From Eledone cirrhosa (Eukaryota), in the NCBI GenBank assembly GCA_964016885.1, contig OZ024754.1:27714001-27778000 (forward strand): DNA of 64,000 nucleotides, in the 5' to 3' direction. Position numbers and translations under genes: made by a program. Positions 1-13,835 of the stretch are shown here, in pieces (position 1 is the stretch's first letter; each line of letters begins with the position of its first letter). The notes below the pieces were generated by a model, which worked only from the letters and a program-made list of their open reading frames with translations, did no database searches and had not been told where the DNA came from.

Positions 1-534
1 ATATTAGAAAGCAGAAACTGAGAATCAAACAACAAATCCCAATTATTATTGAATAATCATCTTTATTAAATTAAGCACTGGAATCTGTTAGTGTATTCAA
101 CCAGTAAAAAATTATTAAAGCAAATCTGAGTGACAACTAATTAATATGATAATGCCCCATGCTGTTTGACGATGACGAAATAATTACATTTTTGAAAGCA
201 ATATTACATCTTTTATAAAGAATTCATTACTCAAAGAGATGTAATTGGCATTTAGAGTAGGTTTCATATTATCTCCATACACAGCTTGTTTCCAACTTAT
301 TGAAATATAGAAATATTTTAACATTTTTAAACGAACACACAATAGCAGAAACTATCTATCTTTCTTTATTTCTGGTTTTGTATGTTTTGTGTAAATCGTC
401 AGTCACATGCGGTCAGGGGTGTAAGTGTGTGTGTGTGTGAGTGTGAGAAAGAGGGATGGAAAAATTTAGTGGTGTTGGTAGTACCGGAAAAGGATTAATT
501 TTAAAAAATCCAGAATGAATGTATGATATATACA

Positions 535-628
535 CTGGTGCGTGTGTTTCTTATTGGCAACATGACCCTCCCAAAGTATAACAATATCGGTTTCAACACA
601 CATTGCTAAACAAATTCAGAAACGAAAA
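535..628 (+). mobile_element. 3' tail fragment of the HHR-bearing pseudo-LTR family also at 7585-7890, 27410-27610 and 58026-58628
   Basis: Shares ACTGGTGCGTGTGTTTCTTATTGGCAACATGACCCTCCCAAAGTATAACAATATCGGTTTCAACACAC with those copies; ends in (TA)n. Confidence 0.75.
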
Positions 629-654
629 ATATATATATATATATATATATAGGA

Positions 655-1600
655 CGGGTAAAATTCCCGAGATCCATGGACGAGTTCTCTCCAGCGGTGT
701 CTGTCACTAATTATCGCTGCCATGTCCTGCGTCTCCAACAAGTGTCTGTGTTTAGGGCATCAACATACGTTATCCTTGGTTTTCCTCTTCCAGTGTGTCC
801 ATGCAGAGACTCCACAGGAGCACTGAGTGCAGTGTCAACTTTGGATGTCGGTGAGCATGTCCAGCTAACCTCAGTCTCCCCTGAGTCACTTTTGAGCTGA
901 CTTTTGGGAGGCTCCCACACAGCTCTGAGTTTTTCATCCTCAGTGTATGCTGATTAATGTTCAGAGCCATCCTCAGTATTCTCGTGTAGCACTCATCCAC
1001 CATCTGAGTGAGTTTCTTGGTCAGTGTCCAAGTCTCAGACCTGTACAGCAGCACAGACTCCACTACAGCAATGAAGAGGCGAATCTTCAGGTCTCCACGA
1101 AAGTCCGACTTCCACACCGATCTCAAGCTGTGGCACGCCACCCAGGCTTTGCTCTTCCTCTCAACCACATCATCTTCCGTATCCCAATCTTTGCTCCCAA
1201 ATACAGGAACTCCTCAACTAATTCTAGCGGCTTCCCGCCTACATTAGTAATCCCCTCTGGCTTCTCAACATTCTCTACCAGATATTTTGTCTTAGTCTCA
1301 TTCATTTTCAGCCCCACACTCATCGACACAGTCTCAACTTCCTGCATCAAATCATCTACCTCCTTCACTGTATTTGTCACCAAAACTATGTCGTCGGCAA
1401 ATTCAGCATCCGATATCTTTTTCGCCTTTACTCTCCTTCTCTGAGCCGGTGGTACAGTAAAGCCAGAGTCCTGGTCTTTCTCCAGTGCAAGGCACATACA
1501 ATAGTCCACTACGATGATAAAAAGGTAGGGACCCAATGTATCTCCCTGGAGCACTCCAGCCAGTATCTCAAGGAATTCTGTCATCCCATCAGGTGTAATG
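655..1600 (-). pseudogene. 5'-truncated, frameshifted RTE-clade LINE reverse transcriptase fragment
   Basis: ORFs 1123-1584 and 770-1168 carry GVLQGDTLGPYLF, EFADDIVL, FLYLG, ESVLLY.SETWTLT and RLRLAGH, typical non-LTR RT/thumb motifs. Confidence 0.85.
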
Positions 1601-1805
1601 TTATTTTAATAAATATATATATATGTTTATATATATATATAAATGAAAATATAGAAATTAATGTGAGCAAGAAGCCAACAGTATTTCATAATATATGAGT
1701 GACTATAACGTCAAAGTGGAAAATAATTAACGTAAGATATGGGAAATTAATTCAAACTCAATTCAAAAAAATCAAATATATATATATATTAAAATAACAG
1801 ATTAA

Positions 1806-1856
1806 AGTTTAAGCAAACAATCGCTGCTTTCACCCTTAACGGGATCTTCTGAAACT
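1806..1856 (-). ncRNA. Type I hammerhead ribozyme motif, CAGAAGA core variant
   Basis: Minus strand: AGTTT-CAGAAGA-T CCC GTTAA GGG T-GAA-AGCA gcgattgtt TGCT-T^AAACT; stems I, II and III all pair. Confidence 0.7.
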
Positions 1857-3432
1857 AAAAAAATCTATCTGTGAACGCAGAAGTGAATATTTCTAAAAAT
1901 GTTGCAACCGAAGAAAAACACCAAGACTTTACTTTGGTTCGTGAACGGAAAAAAGAGATGATAAAACGTCATTATGTGGAGCGATGAAAACAATTACACG
2001 CAAAGACGAGACCACGTTTATGGTATAAATGAAGTCGTAGACTAATATTCTATTTAGGAAACCGAATGATTCTCGGCTTCAGAGTTAAGGATAATGTAAA
2101 TAAATTAGTAGAACGAAAACGACAGGGATTTTTGAAATTAATAATAATTAAATATATACATACACGCATCCATATACTTACATACACATGCATATGCGAA
2201 AACACCCGCCATGGTATGCATATACAAGCACGTACACATAAACATGCGCGCACATACATAAACCAGCACGACACCTGTACCCGCACACATACGAACGTAT
2301 ACACCAAATACACATAAAAAAATATATATGTGTGTGTATACATATAATTATATAAACGTATATAAATATACACACATAAATACGTATATAACGCACACAC
2401 ACACATACCTACATGTAAATACACATATGTTCACTAAACCTACGTCAACCAAAACACAAAGTACACATATACACACCTTACATACGTGCAAACACTCATA
2501 CACACACAAGCAAAAAAATACAAATATACACATAACCATATACACATGTACCAGTATATATAATATAATATATACACCTATAACAAATACAAGAAAATAT
2601 ACGTACGAGAAAGTATACGTACCTTCACAAAACATACAATTAATGTATACTTACCTATACATAAAATATACTTAGCTACCACATTAAGACGTAAATTATC
2701 CGCGTATTGTTCGTACTATCCGTTAGGGTATAATGGGGGGCTGTAATACAGGAAAGTTTTATGCAAATTATGTTTACAAGCCGAAATTGCCTCAGATTTT
2801 TTGTTTAAGATGTTGTCATTGGCGTAGAGCCTTTCCAGGGCTTCAGCGGCGCAAAGATCGCATGATCTTTTATTTCCGTTATACGATCTAGCCCTAGCTA
2901 AGATCTCCCAGTATAACCTCTATTGGGTGTGGTTGTCTTTTAGTCTCCAGATTTAAGCTGAAAGTGACGTCATATTCCTTCTTAGAAGGTTAAGAAAAGA
3001 ATGGGTGTGCATGTAAAGATGCTGCTTGAATCTATTAACTCTATGTAGGCCCTACGGGACGTGGTTGTTTCGACCTTACATTTGTAGACAATGTTACTGG
3101 AGAGGCATTTCCCGGAGAGAGGGCAGTCAACCCGATTCTTACAATTGCAGTTAGAAATTTTAATGGTATTTCTATTAAAAAGTTTATAATATTTATGTGC
3201 TGAGGGGAAATGCTTCTTAATAAGGGAGAGAACTATCTTAGCTAATGGTGTGGCCACCTCCATATTATATGGTGCGTTATACCATATAATGCGTCAGGAT
3301 CTATTTTTCCTTAGTCTATGCTCATACTTAATATATGCTACCTTATCGACAAATCTACTGCGAGCAAGAGCTTTATTGTAATAAGTGGAACGGTGTGTGA
3401 AAATATGCTCGTTTGTAGATAGACGGAAAGCT

Positions 3433-4403
3433 TCAGAAAACGTTACTTACCAGGTTCTTGGTTATGCTGGCAGGGGGGTTAGAATGCTTACTTATGTAAT
3501 TAAGCGTATCATTCGGCTTTCTATACAGGTAGTGCAAGCCATTCGACAAGTTGAGGGTAACGTCGAGATAATTAACGACCGAGAGGTTGGCCTCACCCTG
3601 TATGGAGAGGTTGAAGTCTTTAAAGAAAGCTGTGAGTTCTTTTCGGAACCTGTCGCAAGCGCGTGGACTGCACTTTGTCATGGTCAAAAGACCGTCATCA
3701 CGGTACGAGCCACCGCCCACATTGGGGAATTCTTCCTTGATAGAGAAAAGAAGGAAAAGACCGATAAGATCAGTAACCTCCGCCGAATCGCTGGCGCCCA
3801 TACTCACGTCGAATGGGGTACTATTAGATTTTTTAATCCAAATAGAGTCGTCAAAAATAATCACCGACTTACGGGCATTGAGTATGACATCAACTTCGAA
3901 ATCCTTAATCACAGTGAGCGTTTTAGCGAAATTGATAGCTCTAAGAAGAAGTGGTAAAGTGAGGGAGGAGTAGTAATTATTGATGTCGAATTGGATAAAA
4001 CGGCAATGTTCCTTGTTGCATATGCCATTGAACCAATCAATCACCGCGAAAGAATTGTTCCACGGTGCAACAGGGCTAAGCTATTAATTTCAGGTATAAT
4101 TCTATGTAAAATCCTTTTATTAAGTCTTCCTAAATCGGACTTCGTAAGGTTAATAAGCCGGATAGAGGGGTTGTTGGCGAAATTGGCTTTGTGATCCTTC
4201 AGGGTAAATTGGGGAGAAAAAGGGTCCAGAGGTTCCGTCCGGTCCTGGATGTTGAGTTCAGAGGTGATTTTAAACCCAACATCGTTGATGTCATTAATGA
4301 CACTCCGATTAGTTTTCCGGTAATCCTTAGTTACAGCATTATGTAGCAGTTGATGGTAAGTACTGCGCTCCACTTGATATAAATTGCACGTCCACTCCGA
4401 CAA
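3433..4403 (-). pseudogene. PLE reverse transcriptase (frameshifted; ORFs 4041-4403 and 3433-4044)
   Basis: TLKDHK..RLIN..KSDLG, QFDI..YYSS, VSMG, YRDD, YLDVTL, YRKP and SNPP motifs. Confidence 0.85.
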
Positions 4404-4515
4404 AACTGGTAATCTATCACTTTACCACTTCTTAATACTACCTAATTTTCAAATTCGCTAGCCGTTTGTAAACAAAGCCTGCTTTGTACCTCCCTATTTA
4501 TATACATACATACAA

Positions 4516-4895
4516 GGTGGCTGCACACTCGTTTTCGAGTACGGCCACTACTTTATATCCATATAGGAGAACCCCTACCGATGCGCTGAACGAGTGTGAC
4601 TTTTTAGTCCAGCCAGCGACTTGAAAACTCTGGTACAAACACTACACTTGTGACAATTATTGACACATAGTGCTAGGCGCATGGTACCATGTGACGACAA
4701 GTGCAGAGAGATGTCCAGATATAAAGCAATGCCTGTGCCGTGAAGCTTTTATAGTGAACAAAGGTACTGCACAAAGCCAGTCCCACTCTCTTAACCAAGA
4801 TGATATTTACCAAAAAGAAGAACAGGTCAACATCATTGTATACCATCAGGGTTGCAGGTGTTATATCAGAGTTTTCCTTCTCCTAGAATTCTGCA
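4516..4895 (-). mobile_element. 3' end of a LINE-like repeat, homologous to 49524-49929
   Basis: Reverse complement closely matches 49524-49929; bounded by (TACA)n/(TA)n. Confidence 0.65.
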
Positions 4896-4945
4896 CATAC
4901 ATACATACATACATACATACATACATACATACATACATACATACA

Positions 4946-5010
<65 letters not shown>

Positions 5011-5034
5011 TTCTATATATATATATATATATAT
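4896..5034. repeat. (TACA)n/(TA)n microsatellite
   Basis: Seen directly. Confidence 0.95.
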
Positions 5035-5339
5035 AATAAAAATATCAAAATATATTGATCTTTATATTTGAGGGCTGTTTCCAATTAAACTGCGGAATGT
5101 TCTGCAATATTTAGCCACGTATATTTACGTTTCCAATATCCAACAATATACATTTTATATTGAGTTAATAAAACAAGAAACATTTATGTCGTGGAGTGGA
5201 TACACAGTTCTATCTCCTAATAATAGACATTTAATTAATTTTGAGCCAAATATATTCCCTATAGATATGAAGATTTGTACGAAAAATAAAATTCAATATT
5301 TGGGAAATTAATATATCGTGTTTTGCATTACATACATAG

Positions 5340-5465
5340 GCGGCGAATTGGCAGAGCCGTCAGAACGTTAGAAAGATGGATTTCCAATATTGGTTCAGAA
5401 TTCAAGTCCCACCGATTTCAAATTTGCCTTTAATCCTTTCGATGTTGATAAAGTACCAATCATGT
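5340..5465 (+). mobile_element. Degenerate tRNA-derived SINE fragment
   Basis: GGCGGCGAATTGGCAGAG head, B-box-like TTCAAGTCCC, then TTTGCCTTT..ATCCTTT..GATAAAGTACC as in 47073-47262. Confidence 0.6.
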
Positions 5466-6059
5466 ACCTTCTAATTTCCTCTTTTCTGTTTCGGAAAGAA
5501 ATCTGCTGTAGAGAGAGATGGGTTGTGCCAGGTTTTCAAATGCCCACGACATGGCGTATGCAACGACTGTTACCCTACGACTTGATCAAGTTTAGATATA
5601 TAACATATATCAGCTACCATTATTGCCTGAACCATTTTATTTCACTACCATTCCTCCAAGTCAACTACAAATATTTGATCCTAGGGAACAAGAAATAGAA
5701 TATTTTCTTAAATTCAGTTTACCAAGCAAAAGCTCAGCTGTGAGATCATCGAATCTAGAATTCGATTTTAATTATCCATTCAACTAATTCCAACACCCTT
5801 GGTATGCATATCACAATTCCCGATTTTATTTTATTTAAAATACAGCTATGTTTACTATTCTCTAAATTAAATCAATATTGTGTTCCTCTTTTTAGTTAAA
5901 ATTTCGACTGTCGAATCTTCGAAGGCGATCAAAACAAGTGGCAGTCAAAATTCGTTATCGATCTTATCGATTATCTTCTCATCGTTATTCCCGCTTTCAG
6001 TAAAATACGAAATATCATGAACATATTTCAATTTGTGTTTGAGTTGGTTTGTGATCACT

Positions 6060-6385
6060 TTTTAGGCCTATTACTTTTTATGTGAGGCCAGCCTACTGTG
6101 AGGCCAGCTGAACAATCTCTGCGTGGCTTAGAGGCCAATTACTTCCCATATGGGATTAGACCTCTGGGGAAAAGGTATACTATCGGCTGCTCTTTGAGGC
6201 CAACTACTTACTATGAAAGGTGAACTTTTAGAGGAAGGTTTATACTATATCTGTTGCTTAAAGGCCAATTACTTCCCACGAGAGACCAGTCAGGTATGGA
6301 AAGGGTATATTATCTACCGATCCTTTAGCCCAAGTACTTACTATGAAAGGCAAGCCTGCTGTGAAAGACACATCATATCTGTTCA
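6060..6385. repeat. Degenerate minisatellite, ~65-bp period
   Basis: Recurring (GA)GGCCAATTACTT and GGTATACTATC blocks near 6065, 6131, 6197, 6262 and 6328. Confidence 0.65.
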
Positions 6386-6899
6386 CCAGACGATGCTCCT
6401 TGCAGAAGCGTCACAGCTTTTTCGGTGACAACAATTTGAACTCAGCACACAACCGGAACATGTACAGCAAAGAATCTCATCTGACGCTGTTAATTATTCC
6501 ATAAATCTACCACTGCGGACTACTTTTTTTAATGTTTCAGAAAAAAGGAAAGGCAAAGTAAACTTCGGCAGTTTTTGAACTGCGAGCACAAAAAGCCAGA
6601 ACATATATCGAGATCTTTAATCTGTCGCTGTAAAGCCTCTAACCAGTGTTTGCCTTAACGACTACATCCTTCTATGCCTTTAATGGTATCCCATGCTCTT
6701 CCTCATAGTTATTGTCGTTGTAGAAACTCTAAATTCTCCTTGGTTTCGATTTCCATGGCGTTTATCACAAATTCTTTTTATTCACATTGAAAACTTTGTG
6801 GGGGAGAGGAGATTGAGTTAATATCCTCATTCTAGTTATATTGAACTGCCGTTCATTATTCAATAAATCCGTCTATTAAAGCTCCAATGAGTGTTCCAG

Positions 6900-7150
6900 T
6901 TTATATGATGAACGGACTGTCTTCTCATAAAATTAATGAACAAGTAGCTGAGCATTCCACAAACACCCAGAGAGACTCAGTGTGACAAAGTTCATAACAC
7001 GTTAAATTACAAGAACAACTATTTGTTCTAACCGAATGAACGGGAACAACCTAAAATAAAGTAAGGAAACAACGTGGCCCAGGGAATCGAATTCATGACC
7101 TTATGATACTGAGCCAAAACCTCTAGTATCTAAACCCCAATCCTTCACAC
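6900..7150 (-). mobile_element. Degenerate SINE-like repeat (related copy at ~12980-13125)
   Basis: Minus-strand B-box-like TTCGATTCCC near 7080-7092; GCTGAG.ATT.CACA..GA.TCAGTGT..AATTACA blocks shared with 12980-13125. Confidence 0.5.
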
Positions 7151-7584
7151 CCAATATGTAATCAATAGCATGATACCACTTAATAGTCAATTGTTAGTTA
7201 CTGTGAGCATCGGTCCACATTTATCCAACCAACAATCCTATATAATTCTTTATACGAGTCTTTTGAAATTTTAAAGACCAAATTAATACAGCATGTCTAA
7301 AAATCAATCATATATCTCTTCCATCTGACACACTGAAATCCATCCAGCTTACTTCACATTGGACGTGTCATAAGTAAAACAAATAATATATGTGTGAGCG
7401 CGCGTATTTGTTTGTATGTGTGTGGGCCTTTGTTTGTATACGCGTGTATGTATGTTTATGAGTATTATATATACATGAATATGTCTATAGACACACATTC
7501 ACACACATACGCAGGCACAAACACATATATATGTACATATATATATATATATACACACGTTTATATATATATATATATATATAT

Positions 7585-7882
7585 ATTTCGTTTCTGAATT
7601 TGTTTAGCAAGATTCTTTATCTGACACACACAGAAACAAAATGGCGTAGGACAGAACAAAGGAGAGGCACAAAAACAAAGAAAAGAATCCCCAGTCACTG
7701 AAGAGGTCACAGAATGTGTGACGAAAGAACTTTGACAATATATAAACAACCATCTGGTTGTGGAACCAACGAACCAACCGGAAATTTATAAATTCCTAAA
7801 TTTATAAATTTATTATAATAAATTGAAGTGAAAGCGACTGGTGCGTGTGTTTCTAATTGGCAACATGACCCTCCCAAAGTAT

Positions 7883-7890
<8 letters not shown>
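7585..7890 (+). mobile_element. Short non-coding PLE pseudo-LTR-type element with inverted tail, inserted in (TA)n
   Basis: 7585-7624 is the reverse complement of the family tail (cf. 58588-58628); contains HHR 7694-7736; (TA)n on both sides. Confidence 0.8.
7694..7736 (+). ncRNA. Type I hammerhead ribozyme motif
   Basis: GTCA-CTGAAGA-G-GTCACA gaatg TGTGAC-GAA-AG aa CT-T^TGAC; intact core, stems I and II perfect, minimal stem III. Confidence 0.85.
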
Positions 7891-7933
<43 letters not shown>

Positions 7934-8459
7934 AACACCCACACACCCACATACACCCCCCCCCATATATATATATATTGAGTACGACAACATCATTAGT
8001 ATTTAACACATCTAGACTATGGTTTACTTAACCTATTGTCTTTTGTGAGATTTCCCTTTTGATGAAAATTCTTTAAGTACCAGTTAGCTTTTACCAATTC
8101 AAAGGAAAAACGAGTCAAAGCTTCGGCAGGATGAGGTATGAATATATATCGATCTATTTGCTTAATGTTTCTCACCCCATCACCACCAACAGAGTTGAAT
8201 CGATATTTTAAAAGAGTGTCTCTAATACGTTGTATTAGGTTTCGCATTCTATTCGATATAATAGCAATTTAAGAGATCATTTGCCGTATAGTCTACATTA
8301 AACTTCTTTTATTTTTTTACTGATTTCAATCAATATACTGCGGACATGTTGGAGCACTATTGTGATTTAGTCGATCATATCGACACCAGCACTTATTTTT
8401 TTAAAGATCCGTATCTATTTTATCGATCTCCTTTTTGTCGAAAGGTTATGAGACACAAA

Positions 8460-8597
<138 letters not shown>

Positions 8598-8619
8598 CAC
8601 GTATATATATATATGTATA

Positions 8620-8795
8620 TCAGTCCCGGGTTCAATCGGAGGTAACCACAGTTAGTAAGGTAGCCAATACACTACTAGAGTGTAAACATCATGTTTAATA
8701 TAGAAATGACTTCTACAGGACTAGAACCTAATATTCCAGAGGATTTTTTTAATGAAATAGTTCTAGTACTGCAGAAGCTATTTCTATATTAAAAA
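8620..8795. mobile_element. Short fold-back element, homologous to 49343-49475
   Basis: Imperfect inverted repeat 8695-8728/8759-8793; shares CCCGG.TTCAATCGG.GG..ACCACAG..AGTAAGGTA and CTACAGGACTAGAAC with the 49.3-kb copy. Confidence 0.6.
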
Positions 8796-9119
8796 TCATA
8801 TATAAACATACAGCCATGACTACGCTTATATGTTGCTTTTAAATTCTCACTTTTATGTTTCGTTATCACGTACTCACATATCCCCGCCACCTAACTCCAG
8901 TATAATCTTTTGCCATTGTTGGTTTACACATTTTGCATAAATGTTTCCCAGCTGAATATGTTATCAAATTTATGTCGTTGGCTTTGAAGTTAGTCTATAG
9001 GATAAAATAGGATGACATGCAAATTATGTCTTTAAATAGAAAGCGTTCCCTCATTAACGTAATGATTAAATACACTATGCACAAACGTATATGTATATAA
9101 ATAAATAAATATATATATA

Positions 9120-11590
9120 TATATGTATATATATAATAAAATATTAAAAAAGAAAAAAACAGTAGAAAATACTGAAGAGATTTTCTCTCAGAATAACATC
9201 AAAATAATTATTTGCAAAATAGAAATTTCCGCGTTATTTGTACCGGTTTCAGCTTGTAGTCTTCTTCACACGACGGAAGTGTATAATGAAATTATACCCT
9301 CAGCAACTTACAAAGAAATAAAAAATCATCACCTCCAGGATGGACATTATAACTTCCCTGCCATAAGGAGATTCCAAGGAAATGTCCATTCTTACACACA
9401 CACCCCAACTACTATACACAATACACCCATACCACACGATATATTTAACAACGAAGGGTTCCTAAAACACAACCACACATGATATATAGTGACACACAAC
9501 CTCACACTAAATATAGGGACGGTCTAATCAACCCACAACCACGAACCCGAACCTTCAATAACAACAGCAGGGAACAACACAACCACAGGTGACAACCCAC
9601 GATCAACAATCGTTTTTTAGACCCAGTACACAGATACTGGGAAACGAGATGACACAAGCCATACAGGAGAGACCAAATGTAATAAAAGGCATAAATTTAG
9701 ACACTAAAGAACTAACAATAGACCAAATTAACATACTCTCCAAAGGGCGGAAATTTACTCCCTCCCCCACCATGGTCCAAAATACTCCTAAATGAAGGAA
9801 GACATTGAAGAATTCTATAGAAACCTATGACTTACCGAAGAACTACACGACCTGTGCAATGAGGACGAATCATTAGCTAGAAATAGAAGCAACTACACCC
9901 CATCAAAGGGTAAGAATAAAATTCTCAACCAACTCTGCTAACACATTACAAATTACCCATATAAACACATACACAGACAAAAACACAGGCCAAACTTCAG
10001 CAACAAAGAATGGGATGAGCTGAACAGATTATAAGAATGATACAACTATAACAATCAAAGAGGCGGATAAAGGGAGTGCGGAAGTCCTAATGGAGACAGA
10101 ATATTATACAACCCTAGTGCTCTCCACTTTATAAGACGAAAAGGATCAACACTACAGTCAACAGAAAATAAAAGTAAATCCAGCCTTTTCTACGATATCC
10201 CTAAGATACACAAAAGCCAAAATGTAAGTAAGGCATGCAACGAAGCCACAGACATATTCATCAATGTCCCCTCACCCAATGACCTCAAATTAAGACCTGT
10301 AATAACAGGCGCCGCTTGTGAAACCCACCGCCTCAGCAACTTCTTTGATATCCTATTAAAACCATTCCTGGAACACATTAACAGCTATATAAGGGACGAC
10401 CTTGATATGCTCAACCACTTCCCAAAATTATTAATAATGAACATATCCTACTAGTGTCTTTTGATGTAGCCAACCTATATTCCAATATCTCACACAACCT
10501 AGCAATAGAGGCAATCCAATTCTGGTTAGAAAATTATCCCAATGAACTACCAAACCGCATCATAAAAGAATTAGTAATAGAAGGGTTCACATTTATCTTG
10601 CAGAATAACTACTTCGTATTCAATGCCAAATTCTACAGACAGGAATCTGGGACTGCCATGGGCACGAAAACGGCTCCCTCTTATGTCAACCTTGTTATGG
10701 GCTATCTGGAAATCATCCTCTGCCGAAAAGTACTAGATAAATACAGAAACTCCTTCTACCTCAACATAGAAAATAACTGGAAGAGGTATCTGGATGATTG
10801 TTTCTTCCTCTGGCATGAAGTATGGAAATACTTATTGAATTTAAAACACTTCTAAATGGACTTAACACAAACATTCAATTTACAATGGAATACAGCCATC
10901 AGCAACTTTCTTTCCTCGACATCCTTATAAAGAAAACTAACAACAAAATAGAAACAAACATATACTATAAGCCCGCAGATTCCAAACAGTATCTTCCATT
11001 CAACTCATGCCACCCGAGACACACTAAAATGAACATCCCTTACAACTTAGCCAAAAGGATCTGCACAATAGTATCTGATAGAAACACCCGCTACATACGA
11101 CTAGAAGAATTAAAGGACACACACATTAGCAGGAGTTACCCATCATTCCTAATTAACAATGGATTCCAACGTGCTTTAAAACTCAGTATCCAGGAACTTA
11201 GACTCCCCAAACTAAAGAATGAATCGAAACTGAAAGCTCTACCATACATCTCCACACACAACCCTTAACAGAGAGGCCTTCGACATCATCCTCCAGAACA
11301 TCCCTTTACTAAAAAAAGATCAAAGAATGAATCAAATCCTTCAAAAGCATATCATCATAAAGAGGAAAAGACAACCCAAATCAATGTAAAACCCTTACAC
11401 AGGCCAAAGTCCAGTCGACCATAACAACGAAGCCAACAGTAGAAAAATGTGGAAGACCCAACTGTGGTATATGCATCAATCTAATAGAGGGATCGGAGTT
11501 CTACTACAAACAAGTGCAACGATTTACAGTGAAATACAATTTCATATGCCCATCATAAAACCTGATGTATGTGTTGACAAGCTCATATTG
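9120..11590 (+). mobile_element. Decayed Penelope-like element (Neptune-like) with inverted pseudo-LTR fragment at its 5' end
   Basis: LSKGRKFTP, EADKG, PKIHK, LRPVI, SFDVANLYSNI, GTAMG, RYLDD, SCHPRH motifs across broken frames, then a CGRPNCGIC Cys linker; 9130-9252 recurs at 11600-11713. Confidence 0.88.
10454..11268 (+). pseudogene. PLE reverse transcriptase core/thumb (frameshifted)
   Basis: ORFs 10454-10855 and 10822-11268: FDV.NLY, GTAMG, YLDD, FLDI, YYKP, HP.H. Confidence 0.9.
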
Positions 11591-13619
11591 CTCATATATA
11601 TATAATAGTAAAAAAGAAAAAACAGTAGAAAATGCTAAAGGGATTTTCTGCCAGAATAACATCAAAATATTTATTTACAAAATAGAAATTTCTGCATATT
11701 TGTACCGGTTTCAGTAGAATTGACAGCCAACGAGATTTCTAACTAGAAACGTTATCTCGAAAGTATATAATTCCGTGCGAGTCTACGAGACAGCTTTTGT
11801 GGGGTCGTTAGATTTGTTAGAAATAGCAGTAACATTTCCTTAAAATGCTATCCTATAAACTTCAGAAAATGAAAGACAGATTGAAAGAATGTTTATAGAT
11901 ATACAACAAAGTCAATACAGTCACTGGTTGAATGTTTTGATCATAGAGCCGGGCTGTGGCTAAATAACATTTGCTTTATAATGAAACAAGAGGTGATAGC
12001 CGCCCATCCAAAGTGTCTTTCTTTCTATTCATCAATCCTTGCTTATATCTGATATAGATTGTTTGTACCTAAACTCGAAAATGTAATGAAATGAGGCATT
12101 AGAATAGCATGAAGCTGAAATGTAAATAGTTTAAAATCCAGGGAAATTATTTTTACATTTTCTCTAGTCAATAAATGAAGCAAATGAACCAAGGATAAAC
12201 GTGCGCTTGAGTTTTGGGGAAAATACTTCCATTCTTATTTTAGCGGATTCCCTTTTGATAATAATATATGGAAAGTATTACGAATTTCTATTTGTATTTT
12301 TCACATTTTCATGTACTTTATTCGACGCATCTATTTCCATCTCACAGTACAACAGTGAGCCGTGGAGTATAGTTTGGGAACCTGTGCGATAGACATTTTT
12401 ATAGGAGAGGAAGCGTAGTAACTTAATGTTACTGGTAATCGAGAAGGTTTTTGTCTAACTTCAAATTCTGCTTTGATTCCACATTGTCCACGAAATTTAT
12501 GAACAGAAACAAAATATCTTTAGTTGCAACTAATAATAAAAAGTCATTTTATAGAATATTTTATTGGACATTAGTGTTTCAGCATTTGTTGGTAGAAACA
12601 AATAATGAGTTTATCAAAGTGTGGAGGTTAGCTAGAGAGGTAATAAATCCTTGTGTAACCAACCAACAGTAATTTATAGATTTCACACATAACAAAATTT
12701 ATATTCCTTCAACGGTTAGCTCTCATTAACTTCTTTTGATTTATGTAAAACTAAAACTGAAAACTGTGTGCACACTGTATATAAATATAGAGGAACATAG
12801 TGAGGGTAGGTAAGGCAAACAGAAAAACATAATTATGACATAGTTAAACAGAGTTCACTTTATATCCTCAGTAAATCAAACACTTTAGATGTTTCATGAA
12901 ATCAATGAGGTTTACTACGATATTATTTGACCTCCATCGCTTCCGTCTGAGGGTTGTACTATTTGTACTATCAACGGAACTGTCTGCTTGTGAGATTAGA
13001 ATGAAAGTAGAGTGGCTGAGAATTTCACAGACGCCAGGACAGTTAATTTAGCTCTTAGGGAGATTCAGTGTAACAGATTGTGTAACAGGCTACCCATTCG
13101 AATTACAGGTATAGTCCATCTTGTATTATATTATATGTGGGTATATTGTACATTATATTGAAAGTAGAAACAATTATATTGTACGTGGGTGAACATTCTA
13201 GAAACCTGTGCATTCGTAACATAATTCTCAGAGATTTGCTTTGGCACAGTATATGACAATGCTGGCTCTTTCAAATACGGGTTAAACTCATTTTTTATCA
13301 GCTGAGTGAACCGGAGTCTTGTTTTACTCAAGCCCAACCCGCCTCCTAGAAACAAACTCACCACCGATGTTTGATCCTTAGCTGAACACTCTAACAAGGT
13401 CGCTAAGCACCTAAATATGAATGTTGTATTGTGCGGTCATTTTCTTTAGCTGTTCTTTAACCATTTCTTGGGTCGTAGTCATAATTTAACGGCAAATTTA
13501 ACACCACCACCCGGTACTTGTATGCCTTTAATGGGTACCAAACACCGGCTTGACAATGAAAGTAAGTTATAAAATTTATGTTTTGATTTTCAAAATGATT
13601 TCAAAATTATAGGTTGTCT

Positions 13620-13835
13620 CTTTCATTTTAGTAATGAAATATTTAATGACACGAGCATGAGCATTTTCTATCATTAGAAATGTAGTAATGAAATATTTAA
13701 TAACATAGGCAGTGTCTTCCATTAGAAATATGGTAACGAGCTGTTTAATGACATAGGTACTGTCTTTCATTAGAAATATAGTAATGAAATGTTCAATGAC
13801 ATAGGTAGTGTCTTTCATTAGAAATATGGTAAGGA
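13620..13835. repeat. Minisatellite, ~48-bp period, ~4.5 copies
   Basis: CATTAGAAAT recurs near 13672, 13720, 13768 and 13817 with GACATAGG.AGTGTCTT between. Confidence 0.8.

Larger units (their letters stand above)
1600..4495 (-). mobile_element. Decayed Penelope-like element (RT + C-terminal GIY-YIG, probably Hydra-type) with 3' pseudo-LTR containing an HHR
   Basis: RT motifs FDINNYYSSL, FDVSMGA and YRDDGL in ORFs 3433-4403; CNC..CPLSGKC..IVYKC..RAYI endonuclease region at ~2750-3263; 3' region homologous to 35838-38080 and 50430-50925; flanked by TA-rich repeats. Confidence 0.85.

Noticed and set aside
947-3973. Plus-strand ORFs 947-1444, 3385-3957 and 3587-3973
   Set aside because: Antisense shadows of the minus-strand RT remnants; no recognisable motifs.
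13620-13835. Regularly spaced repeats resembling a CRISPR array (also 6060-6385)
   Set aside because: Whole units are homologous with no unique spacers, no cas genes, eukaryotic context: minisatellites.
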